From: Azolla caroliniana
Lineage: Eukaryota; Plantae; Polypodiophyta
DNA: 64,000 nucleotides
Assembly: GCA_043228905.1 (NCBI GenBank)
Contig: JBHGNT010000022.1
Location: forward strand, 8,308,001 to 8,372,000
Direction of reading: 5' to 3'
Part shown: positions 1-12,400 of the stretch, piece by piece
Position numbering within the stretch: the first letter of the stretch is position 1
How the letters are laid out: every line of letters begins with the position of its first letter
The notes under the pieces: generated by a model
The model's input: only the letters and a program-made list of their open reading frames with translations
Database searches by the model: none
Told to the model about the DNA's origin: nothing
Program-made: the position numbers and the translations under genes

Positions 1-53
1 AGCTATCGCACTACGCCGAAGGATCTGGAAAAGCCGGAAAAGGGTTTGCCTTC

Positions 54-2880
54 GTGACGAGACACGAAGCAAACTCAATGAAGCATACTACCCCGAAATC
101 GGACGAGGTGTTGTACGTCGACTCCGGCGCGTCAAATCACATGACGAGCCATAAGGAGTGGTTCATGTACCTAGAAAAACCAATGCAACCGGGAGTAGTC
201 ACAACCGGAGATGACACTCCGCATCCGATCGCGAGTGTCGGAGAAGTTCCCCTGAGCCATGTCGGGCAGAAAGGGAAATTCATGAACGTGCTACACGTTC
301 TGACAATCACGAAGAACTTGGTGTTGGTCGGACAGATCGTCGACCAAGGGATGGAGGTCCGCTTTACACACCTCAGGTGCTTCATTGAGGAAGAAGGCCA
401 TGTTATTGCGCAAGGGCGCAGAGATGGGAGGATGTTCATCCTCGAATCTACTGACGGTGGCACCGCAATGTTCGCGAAGGGACAAAAAGTCGAGTCGGAC
501 ATCGACTTATGGCACAAGCGGATAGGCCACGTCAATTACCAGCGGCTTCAAGACCTGCAATCGAAACAAGTGGTGTTCGGATTGCCCAAATTTAGTGGCT
601 GGAAGGCACAAATTTGTGAAGCCTGCTAGCTTGGAAAGCAACACCGACTTCCTTTCCCCAACCAGCGTAACCGGAGCCGGAACAAGCTCGACTTGATACA
701 CTCCTATGTGTGGGGGCCGGCACAAAACATTAGTCTTGGCGGGAGCCGATATTTCGTCTCCTTCATCGACGACTACACGCGGCACACGTAGATCTACCTC
801 ATTGAGAGGAAGAGCGAAGTCTTCAACTGTTTCCGGGACCTCAAAGGGTTCGTGGAAGGCACAAATTTGTGAAGCCTGCTAGCTTGGAAAGCAACACCGA
901 CTTCCTTTCCCCAACTAGCGTAACCGGAGCCGTAACAAGCTCGACTTGATACACTCCTATGTGTGGGGACCGGCACAAAACATTAGTCTTGGCGGGAGCC
1001 GATATTTCGTCTCCTTCATCGACGACTACACGCGGCACACGTAGATCTACCTCATTGAGAGGAAGAGCGAAGTCTTCAACTGTTTCCGGGACCTCAAAGG
1101 GTTCGTGGAAACGGAAACAGGAAGAAAGATTAGGTGATTGCGGTCGGATGGCGGAAAAGAATACTTTTCCAGTCAATTCAACAGTTATCTACAACATATG
1201 GGAATTTGGCGCGAATTCAGTTGTAGATACACGCCGGAGCAAAACGGCGTGGCCGAGAGGAAAAATCAGTCGATTGTGGAAGCGGTACGGGCAATGCTAG
1301 AGGAGAAGAGCTTGCCCAAGTTCTACTGGGCCAAGGTGGTAAGGACCGCAGTATACATCCAGAATCGGATCGGAGACAAAGTGTCGACGCACGAGCTATA
1401 TTTCGGAATGAAGCTGAACTTGCGACACTTACGAGTTTTCGGTAGCATTGTGTATGTGCATGTGTCGAAGGAGAAACGGAGGAAGCTGGATGCAAAGGCC
1501 GAGAAATGTATCTTGGTCGGTTACTCGAACGAGCAGAAGGGTTATAAGTGTTATAACCCGCGCACCAAACAAGCACACGTGAACCGCGACATTGTGTTTG
1601 ATGAGTCCGCGTCCTGGTACTTGCCTCCGACTCCGGACCTCGCCTCCAATCCGAGTTCTGATGATGAGGTCAATGAGGCCGAGATGCCTCCAGATGAGCC
1701 TGAAATCGGGACACCGCGAAGAAAGTCTGATTTCGTTTCAGTTAAGTGGACCGAATGGACGACTGAGTCGGTTCGACCAGTCTGATGAAGAGCCGGCGAG
1801 TAGTGGAGACTCGACCGTGCATTCCCCGCGCAGGAAGCCGAGGAGACGGCTTATGCGCAAAGAGAAAGGGAAGAAGGTGTCGGATTCCGACATGGATAGG
1901 AACGAGTCAAACCAACGCGAGTCCGACTCCGAGGGAAGCGGTGACGGGTCTTCAAGAGCGAAGTCCGCGTCGGCCGAGAAGACCTCGACATTGGCTAATG
2001 ACCGATTACGCCGATCTACTCGCCAGAAGAACCCAGTTGTGCGGTTCGGATACAACGAGTACATGGCACATCATTATGCATACATGACCCGTGTAGCGGA
2101 AGTGCGTGAGCCGGAGAGCTACGCAGAAGCAGCTAAGGACGCGAATTGGCGCGCCGTGATGGAGGAAGAGATGCACGCATTGGCGGAAAACGAGACCTGG
2201 GACCTGGTTGACGCACCGAAGGGTGTGAAGCCTATCGGATGTAGGTGGGTGTACAAGGTCAAGTACAACACCGATGGCTCGGTCAACCGATACAAGGCCC
2301 GGTTAGTGGCAAAACGCTACGCACAGAAACATGGCATCGACTACGATGAGACGTTTGCGTTAGTCGCGAAGATGACGATCGTCCATGTTTTGCTCGCGGT
2401 AGTTACGGCAAAGGGGTGGCACTTACATCAGATGGATGTAAAGAATGCGTTCCTGCAAGGTGAGCTTGAGGAACAGGTGTACATGGTACAGCCCCCCGAA
2501 TTTCACTCCGGAACAAACACTTCGGCGGTGTGCCGATTGAAAAAGTCCCTTTACGGACTAAAGCAAGCCCCGCGTGCTTGGAACGTGAAGATCACGCAAC
2601 GATTGCGTCGGATGGGCTTTGCAACCTCAAATTCGGACTCTTCATTGTTCATCCGGAAAGGTCGACTCGGGCCGATTTGTATTTTACTATATCTTGATGA
2701 CTTGGTCATCACCGGCGCCGACCTAGGTGAAATCGACTGTGTGAAGCTCTAGCTTGCGGCATCATTCGACATGAAGGATCTGGGGGACCTTCATTACTTC
2801 CTCAGGATCGAAGTGATCTGCACCCCCGAAGGCATACTGATCAGCCAACGTCATTACCCGCTGAATATGCTCTTCAAATT
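54..2880 (+). pseudogene. Copia pol (PR-INT-RT) disrupted by stops, frameshifts and a duplication; RT C-terminus and RNase H deleted
   Basis: ORFs 54-629, 1138-1785 and 1592-2752. Homology stops near 2880 and jumps to 3' UTR-like sequence. Confidence 0.9.
600..1105 (+). repeat. 253-bp tandem duplication within integrase
   Basis: 600-852 repeats at 853-1105 with about 3 substitutions. TGGAA occurs at 600, 853 and 1106. Confidence 0.95.
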
Positions 2881-3272
2881 CCGAAAGAAAGAGTAGCCGG
2901 AAGAAAGAGCCAAAGCCAACCAAGCATGGGGGAGATGACGTCGTCAAGGGCGAGAAGACCGAAGACGAGTTGGAGATAGCCAACTCAGACGAGAGCGAAA
3001 ACCGATCGGAGGTAGCCGAGTCAGTTCAGATGTTTGATTCGGATACACTGAATCAACCGAGGGCCAAGCAGAAAAGAAGGTAGCAGGAGAAGCGCCAACA
3101 CTGCGACAGCAAGGGAGCTGTGAAGGGCCATGGAAGCAAACAAGCCGACCGGAAGGGTCGAAGCGCGCGGAGTCGAACAGCCCGAGGAACGTGAGCGAGG
3201 CATGGAGCCATGAGGAACCGGAGCGGTGATCTCGAAGATCTCGAAGAGCCTCAAGTTGAGCTTGAGGGGGAG

Positions 3273-3693
3273 TGTTGAGAGACAAGCTCAACATCGGCCA
3301 GATCGGCTGAGCAAGCCGAGGACCGGATCGGTTGGGACCGATCGGTTAGGCCGGATCGGTTGAAAACTAGTACGTAGACCGGTGTGTAGGAAGGCCGGAT
3401 CAGTGCAGAAATCGGGAGGCCATCGGAAAGATATTCCGCAAGGAATATATTTGGGAGTCAGTGTCGAGGCTCATTTATGAGTAGTCAAGTACCGTCAGTA
3501 CTTGTGTCAGCCCGATTGTCAGGGCTTGTATAAAGGTGCTCACTTAGCACATCCTATGTATAGATTGAGTATTATTTCGAATATAGTTCTGTTTTTTTAC
3601 TCTCTCTGTCTCTCCCATGTGTACTGTGCAAACCTAAGCTTTGCATTAAACCTGCGTTTTCTGTTGTTCGGTTTCCTATATTGCTTCCGCACA
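3273..3693 (+). repeat. 3' LTR of the Copia element (about 421 bp)
   Basis: Begins TGTTGAGAG directly after the PPT, contains TATAAA and ends TTCCGCACA where unrelated gag sequence resumes. Confidence 0.8.
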
Positions 3694-4901
3694 CCATTCT
3701 TTTCACACCTTTATGCCTTCTTTCCTACTCTTGTCAGCTGCCACCATTGTGTGCCGATCCACCTTGTCCTCCATGCCCACGGGGCCGATCCGCCTCCATG
3801 TACATCATCTGGTTGTCTGATTGAGTGGGCCTCGACCCACTCGGGTAGTTTTCCTTGACCATCAGCATCGATTGCAGGTCAAAGAAAGACGGTGACTTCT
3901 CCCGTGTGCAAATAGCCATCCGGATTGGCTTGTACCTCTATGCTAGACCACCAAGACAGATCTACACCATTTCATCCTCGTCCACCGTCATGTTGATGGA
4001 CCCCAATGCGTCGGAGATCTCCTTGATCTTCATGGTGTAGTCGGTGACCGACATATCCTTCTGTCAGATATTGTTGAGCTCTTGCCGGAGCTGCAACTTT
4101 CGGGTCGTGGTACTTGCGGCGAAAATCTTTTTCAGATTTGCTTCCTTCAGCGTCTTCGCATCTCTTATGTAGCCCAGCATCTTGTCGTGCACATAGGAGG
4201 CAAGACAGTACAGCACTCTGCTCACTGCTTGCTCCCACACAAGAAGTCCTGGTATGCTGGTTCCAACGCTACTTCATTTGCTCCTTCCACTTAACTCCAA
4301 TAACCGTGCCCCAACAAGTATTGGTGCATCTTGTTGGACCAAGGTGCATAGTTGTTCTAGTCAAGCTTTTCAATGGGAATTGAGCTCTCCATGCTTCTGT
4401 CCATTTCTCTCTTCTTTCTCTATTCTTACCGGATGTTAGGTCTTGGTTTGCCTGAATGCTTTGTCAGCAACAGAGGATTCTCAACCCTCGCACTCTGATA
4501 CCATGTGACGAGTAGCGTGCAAAAGCTTGTAAACATAACCGCTTACAGTTGAATAGCAACAAAAAGTAAACAAAGGTTTAATGGAAACTTAGATAACACG
4601 TAGAGAACTCAAGAGAGACAGAGAGAGCAGAACACACAAAAACTCTATTTCAAAATAATACTCTATTTGTGTATCTATAAGTGTGCTTTGTGAGCACTTT
4701 TATACAAGTCCTTAAACGTACTGACATGTACTTCAATGCTCATAACTAAGCTACTGACACTAACTCCCAGCAATATGCCTATCTACTAGGCTAGGGTCGT
4801 AGGCCTCTAATGGCCTGCCAGTTCTTGTGGATCGGTCTTCACCCAATCCGGCTCTTGGCTTTTTCAGCCGATTCGGCCCATGTTGAGGTTGCTTCTCGAC
4901 A
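3694..4901 (-). mobile_element. 5' part of an older related Copia: 5' LTR 4504-4901, tRNA-iMet PBS and decayed gag
   Basis: The minus strand reads TGGTATCAGAG at 4493-4503 next to the LTR. Gag fragments RKLQLRQELNNI and SFFDLQSMLMV are present. The LTR aligns with 3273-3693 in reverse. Confidence 0.88.
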
Positions 4902-5299
4902 ATGGGGTTCCTTTCTTTATGTATAGAGGCCACTATATTCATGGTCCACTATGGTGGGAAACCCTCTCTAAGGGCAGGATTGAAGAGCACAATGAAAAAA
5001 GGAGTTAGGCACTCTCAAGCATATATGATGTGCTCAACCCACAATCCTATGTGATCCATGGACTTTCTATGTTGTAATTTCTTTATGACCTTAGTGACCA
5101 TAGAGGTTGTGCAAAAAATCCCCACAATAGGTTGAGTTGTAAAAGGCATAGGAATGGGTGGTTGGTTTGGAACTAGGTAAAGTCTCTTTGTATGTATGTG
5201 TGCCAAGTGTTAGGATCCTTGATGGGTGTTTGTGGTCTTGGTTCCCGTAATCTCTTCTAGGCAATGGAGCAATCGCTACTCATGACCATATGGTAGAGT

Positions 5300-8200
5300 T
5301 CCCAATATTCAGATGTCTACCACACTCATCTTTTACTATTTGTCACCTTTCACATTTCTTTGCGAGATATACTGAGGTAATAGCACCATTAAGTCTAGAT
5401 ACTTTAAGTTATCTATATAAGTCTCTACAATCCTCATCATACCATCTATTTTGTGGCATAGACCCTACTCTACCTTGCTTGGAGTGTTTTGTGTGTGTGA
5501 AACTACTAATCTTTGGGGAATGAAGGATGTGTGTGAGTTTTGTAATAAGATTCTCTCAAGGCAAGGAAGAATCAAGAGAAAAGAGATGAGCTCAAACATG
5601 TCGAGAGTAGATCTCAGAGAGTTGATGAGTGAAATGTATTGTGGTGTGATGGCTTGGTTGACTAGAGTTGGTGGTTAAAAGAGAGAGAGAGAGATTCTAT
5701 TATCATCTTCGGAGGTCAAATATGACCTATGAGGCCAAAAATATTACATTTCATGTGATACAAGTAAAAGTGTGTATCATTGCAATTGAGAGGGCCCATT
5801 GTGATTATGAGAGAAATTCATGCAAGATTAGGTTTGACCCAAGATATATGGAAAGCATCGTGGAATATGACAAAAAACAGAGCATTGTATCAAAGTGTGA
5901 TACTCAGACTCCCGAACTTGTTCCAAGCAAAGTGTGCATAATCAACCACTCTCATCACTTGTGCCCCAACGTCGCATCTCATATTGCAATGTGTGTGAGC
6001 AAAGTTGCAGGGAAACAATGGTTCTGATGGCAAATAACGAGATAGGTTTCCCCATTGTAGAATAATGTGTGAAGTTTGAGCCCCCACACTTTTTCCATGT
6101 CATGATACATTGGCATTGTAAAAAGACCTCATTTGTTGAGGAATCTAGAGATGCATCATGAAGCAAGTGTGTTCCATCCCATTTACGAAATCATTTTTCC
6201 ATATCTTGCATCGAATCGAAACACAAAATTTGTTTTTATGTGTCGTTTTTTTTGGGTTTCGCATGCAATTCTAGGAAGTTGATGTTAGGAAATGTTTTGA
6301 ACCTTAAGTATGTATTTGACAACCCATTCTATGACCATTATCTCACTGGGAAGTGATCTTGTCTCAAGTAGGAGGAGGGTGTATAGCATTTGTTTCTTAA
6401 CTTGTCGAAACTTTGTACAAGAAAATTCTTTTGACATTTTCAAACTCTTTCCAAGTAGAATTCGAGATGCTACCACCCCATACTTACCCCATAGAGAAGC
6501 ATCAATGTCACCAAAGTATCAAAAAGGTATTTCTTGAGAACCCAACACTTAATTTCTCCATGATGGCATATTATATTCTCAAATTCATAATATGCTCGTT
6601 TTCCCACCTCTAATCGGTGGGTAGCACATTCATTCCATCTATGATTTGAAGGAACTTCAAGACCAAGATATTTGAAGCTTTACACATATTCAAGTGGTTC
6701 ATTATTGTACGTAATGAATGGGTTATCTTTTCTTTGGTTTTTCGCAAACATTAGTTTTGTTTTTAAGTTGTTGACACTTAATCTAGTGTGCATGCAAAAA
6801 AATTATAATGCCTTCATAAGCTTTGTGCATCTCCTAAAGTATTTGCAAAAAACACAACGTCATTTGCATATAACAAAAGCATAATGACTATGTATTCCAA
6901 ATGACAACTTCTTCAATGTCTTCTTCCTTTAGAGACTTGGCAACCATTTCTTCTAATTAATCAATGAATTGACCAAATAAAGTGGGTGAGAGTGGGGATC
7001 CTTGCCTAACACCAATATAGGCCATATTAAATGCATTCTTGAAGTCTATAAAGCAACAATATAAACCTTAAATTACCTCTCAAGTGACTTTCCTCCATTA
7101 ATACTCGAATGGTGACAAGGTTATTGATGTTATGGTGTTTTCGAAAGCCAACTTGTCCATAAGCTCTCCTACCATTTTTTTAGCCCATGCACTAACTTTT
7201 GATTCCATTATACATCCAAATAGTTTCACCATTGAGGAGCTAACATTATGATTCGATAGTTTACATTATTTACATCTCCACTTTTACGTAAAGGTTTGAT
7301 CCAATTTGGAGTACAATTGTAGGTCATGCCATGTTGCAATGCAATATTATATATATCACTTATCCATGCATGAGCTTCCTTTACCTTCCATTTGAGCATT
7401 TTAGCCTTTATACATTGAAGATCGTTTGTCTTTTGAGAGGTCAATTATATCTTCAATTACAAAGAAGGGAGACATGTAAAAGAGAACTATGACACATCGT
7501 CTTTTCGACAAGAGATAGCTTATATAAATTCTTAAAATGCATAGACAAGTGAAGAAGAGTTAAGTCACCATTAACTCTCAATACGTTTCCCCTTTGAATA
7601 TCCCCAAAATTTAGCACATGGATGTGTTTTTTCTTGTGTTTGGAGAAATTGTTGAGTAACTTTCCATATTCCTCTCTTTCTTTGAATAAACCTTTTGTAC
7701 TCATGCAAATACTTTTGATAATTTCTTTATCCTTGACTACATCCAAAACCGTAAGGCACTTTCGAGTTTCATGGCACTCTTTATCAAACCATTTTTTCTT
7801 TGAACTAGATTTCTTGAAGAATTCCAAGATGTGTGTTTAGTCAAAAAACATTTGTTTGTACATGAAAAAATGACTTTGTTGAGTGCTTCCTATTTTCATT
7901 CTAGTGTGGCACCATATATTTTCTCATTTGTAACATATCCTCAACCATTATGGAATACATGGACACTCACTTAAGGCTCATGAGTCATGATCAAGGACAG
8001 TTGTTTATTATCTTCAATGGCCTTTTCACAATCAAACCTATGCATGCATTTGAGGTGAATATATAAAGCCTATGGTCAAGTTAGCATTTAAGAAGTTTAC
8101 CAATGAAACAACCACCCATTTCATTGATATTTCAAAAAGAAACAAAAAGGAGTGCACAAAAGAAATTTGGGGGTGTGGGCATGAAGATCCCTTTGAAAGA

Positions 8201-8300
8201 AAATTATGGTGCATTACATATTCCTTTGATAGAACTAATTGTTGACAAATGTTTAGAACACATGTCCTCATAGAAAGTCTAGATATTTGAACAAATTCAT
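5300..8300 (-). mobile_element. Heavily decayed LINE ORF2 (reverse transcriptase) remnant; boundaries approximate
   Basis: Minus-strand fragments KKWFDKEC, WIKPLRKSGDVNNVNYRIIML and CCFIDFKNAF match the LINE RT N-terminal motifs. Many stops. Confidence 0.7.
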
Positions 8301-9138
8301 CTCATTCACGTTAAGATGGATCAAGGCTTTATCACTTGCGTAGTTTTTTCTGCATCAATTGTTTTCTGCTCTACTTAATATTTCCTTCCCATCAAGGAAC
8401 CTTGCCATAATGGACATGGAATGTTTGATAAGATGGAGGTCATAGTAAGGCCTCCATTGGGAGGAGAAAGAAGATGAGGCCCTTCACATACCTAGAGCAT
8501 CGAACTTCATGAGGGGATGCCCACCCTACAAGCACATCAAAGAGAAGTTTACCTCACCATTTGAAGAGTACACTACTCTCCAACAGGTCCAAGGATGCAT
8601 TGGTTTAATTTCTGTGGTTTTCCAATACTACACTCCATTGCAACTACCTACATTGAACATATCTCCTAGCCACAAAAACATGATGATGCTTGCTCAAATA
8701 CAAATTGTTACAAAGCAAGAATATATGATGATACACTTGTTCAAATTGCAAATTGTTACTAGGCAAGAAGGTATGATGATACTCGTTCAAATACAAATTT
8801 TTAGAGCTCTTGTTCTCTGAAAAGAAGACAAACCACAAGCACTATCTCTCTTCCATCTGTAACTTTGTAAAAGCACACAGCTGTTGATTGAAGTGAAAGT
8901 CAACAAGCACAGGATATATGCTTCATAGAGCAGCATTTTCATAATCTTACAGACAATGATGCCATATTATAGTTTTCGATTTAGGTAACTTGAAGCATTA
9001 TAAGTATATATAGGTCACAGAATTAAGGATAAACATGGGTCTTTAAAACAATGTTACTGATTCTGGAACAACATAGATGATTGCATATTTTGCATTACCA
9101 AGAAAGGGAGCCTCATAAACAGTAGACCTTGAAGTCTC

Positions 9139-9412
9139 TCATGAAGCTAGCTCAGCATCAACAATGAGATATTTGGCATCTTCGCCCAGATCAATGGCAT
9201 ATGGGAATTGAGTCCCTACGAAGAACATGACTTTAAGTGACCATCCAAAAGCACGTAAACGACAAAATAAGATAATAATAGAAGTTAACGATTCTTCAAC
9301 TCTCTTGAAGTTAACAAAAACACCTGGTGGAAGAAGATGTTTGTGAAGAAACTCAAGACATGCTTTGTTATTCACATTTCTCGTGATTAGGGGATCCAGT
9401 TCCCCAGCTGCT
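9139..9412 (-). CDS. PAF-AH-like exons 7 (9412-9324) and 8 (9215-9139), separated by a probable 108-nt intron
   Basis: Acceptor TTACAG; encodes GELDP...FLHKHL; donor CAG|GTGTTT and acceptor CGTAG; TGA at 9141-9139. Confidence 0.8.
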
Positions 9413-12400
9413 CTGTAACACATCCATTTACTCCACATCATTTTCGCCCATTGGTTTTACTATAAGGGATGATAGTTCAGAGACCAAAATAACACATGGA
9501 AAGAAAAAAAATTCACAAAGAAAATATTGAAGCCTCTAACTAGAATAGAATCCATCTAGGCTCACAAGGTCGTTAATTACCTATGACACAATACATCACC
9601 AGGGATATGTGAATATTAATAATAAATAACTAGCGGACATTTAAATGATTTGTATGTTCTACGTATTATCTACCATGCATATCTGTTCCATATAAATCAT
9701 ACCCTGGAAGTATACATCCGAAGTCACAAGATGCAATGCGTTTTTTAAAAAGCCATAACATTGTGGAATCTAACCACTCCAGAGTATGATGTGCTAGAAT
9801 GACTGCTTCAGCAACAGCTCAAAGACATTTGATTGCAAGAGCAAAAGGATTCATCTTGGAATAGGTTTCTCCACAGCAAGAAGCGCATTCAGAGCTCCTA
9901 TCACGCTATGGTTGCCGACAGGATATCTAGAGCAGATCGGGTGAATAAGTCGTTCTTGAATTAATCATCATACTTCAATCTTCCCTAGCCCTATGATACA
10001 CAGTTTGATTCCATTTTTTGAGACTAAGTCTATGATACAGGGTTTGCTTCTAGGTTCTGAGCTATTGAGATTATGACTCCATCAAGCACTTATTTGGGGG
10101 TATATGTTTTACGGCTAAAATATCAGATCAACAGTTTTGCATTCTTATGAGATGGTTACAACCCCAGAGTCCTGCAAACTGATCCAAAACTGTATAAACT
10201 TCCCAGTTTATGATAAATAGTTTGCTTCCATTTTCTGACCTATTGAGCATGTGAAACACGGCTCAATATTTGTGGCTAGCCATGATATATTAACAAGTGT
10301 GCCTTTTTACTAGATCTTGTGATGATTTGTTAGTAGGGGCTGCAACAAAAATTTTGAGATCAAAATTAGGTTTATCACTTTGTGTACTGGGTTGATATGT
10401 CATATTCCAGAATCCTAAGGGAACTAGCCTTTTATTCAAACAGGATCCATCAAAAATGGATGTCTATTGAATAACACCCTCTCACCCCAGACAATACACA
10501 CACAAACTTTTCCCGAAAAGCTGGTCATTGTTCTTAATTTTGATAAAGCCTATGAAAGACTCTCATCATAAATCAGCTTACAGCAAAGCCTATGAAAGAC
10601 TCTCATCATAAATTAGCTAACGGCAAAGACTTATGCAAGTCCATACTGCTATTATAACAGGTTAGCCACTCGGCTTATTGCTGAATCTTATGCCTCAGAT
10701 CTCACTCAGTCAATACTACAAATTGCTCAAATACAATATTTCATTTGCTATGCAGGAACTTTATAAAAATAGGCAATGTTTTTACAAACAAGAGCTGAAT
10801 TCAGTGCGATTAAACTGGTTCTAAATCCTGTTTATATAAAGATACAAGGATATTGAAAAACCTCCGAACGTACCCAATGTTTTTCATAATCCTCGGAAAG
10901 ACAATTGAAAAATCTGATTGATCTTGATGAGATGAACCCTGAAGCATACACAATATCAAACATATAATATCCAAAATGAAATCATGCTAATCTAATTGAG
11001 CCTGAGGGCAAGCACAATTTATTTACCTTTATTGTTTTGAGCTCAGTTATTAAAGTTCTCCCATTCTGTTTTGATTCTGCTCTTGCCTTCATAAACATAA
11101 TTCTAGCATCCCGCAATGCATTCCAATCAAAATTTTCTGTATTCAGAAGTAGGACAGGTACTTTTCCAGCCAGTTTTTCAAACTCCACCTATCAATCATT
11201 AGTTCCTTATCCATTATACTTCTTTCACAGATCCACTATATTCACATATATGGCTCAAGAAGTGAGTCACATAGAACAGTGTTAAAACTATGCGGACAGG
11301 TTGGCAACCATCAGTCATACTAGGTCTTATGTTTTCCTTCTTGCTTGATTTTTTTGTCACCTAATCATCTCTCCATGAGCTATCCAAAAGAAACATCCCT
11401 CAAAGAGAGATTTGTTAACTCTAATTGTCCAATGGGAACATCTGTATTTAAGTAGGACAAGCATCCTGCAGCACACTCCAGACCCCTCATACCTGCGGCA
11501 TGCATGATCTGCTTCTAAGAAAAGAGGAAAATCATACATCAGTGTTATATGAGATCATATAGTAGTATCCCCTCCCAATTCCCAAATCTTCAAATAACTG
11601 GCCTCTAATCATTCCAAATTGATAATCTAGTGGTTATCTCCTCAATTTTCTCCATGGTGAATGTTAAAAGCAAGGATCTTGTTTAACATAGTATCGTCAT
11701 TACAAGGATTTTATACCAATTTGGTCAGCTCAAACTATCATTTTAATACTATACTACTGGAATAACATTGTTTGTGGATTCTCTTCTATCTCTTTCATAT
11801 AATTCAGTAGATACAAATAAGCATATCCATGCGGAAAAATACTGAGCAGTATGCCAAAATGTTAGAATTGGTGAAAAAACTAATAGGTGTAGGGTTATTT
11901 CATCATCCAAGAACAATTACAATGGCACAACAACCTAAAAGCTGAAAACTTTACCTTATTTATTGGTTCCCACCATACATCCATGGCAAGACAGCACTTG
12001 ATCCTTTTCTCGATTCCTGATGCTGCTATAGCAGTCGCACCCCCAAACGAATGACCAGAAACTGCAATGTGACGAAGATCTAATCGAGCATGAAACATAT
12101 CCACAATCAACCCTGCTTTCCCAGTTATAGCATTAGCATTCTGTGTCAATAATCCCTGATCAAGACTTTCCAGCACATCTATAACCTTGCGAACTTCTAG
12201 AACTCTCTGCACACAAGTGTCACCATAGTTTATGAATTGTGTCTGGTGCATCATGTATAGGTAGCTTCTCCTTGTGAATATGACAGTAAGTCAGGAAAAC
12301 ATAATGCTCAATAATGTCATTTTTATAGAGCCTCTTTCTCAATACTAGGATCAGAAGACCAGATACGTTGGGCAACCCAGATAATTAAAGCTGACAACAG

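Larger units (their letters stand above)
1..3693 (+). mobile_element. Ty1/Copia LTR retrotransposon, 5' part outside the window, defective
   Basis: Protease (DSGASNHMT), GAG-pre-integrase (LWHKRIGH), integrase (SDGGKEY, PEQNGVAERKN) and RT (YKARLVAK, QMDVKNAFL, YLDD) in Copia order. PPT GAGGGGGAG at 3264-3272 is followed by an LTR. Confidence 0.95.

Noticed and set aside
10545-10626. 40-bp tandem duplication in an intron, and three units of about 47 bp at 8679-8800
   Set aside because: Ordinary local slippage repeats with no sign of function.
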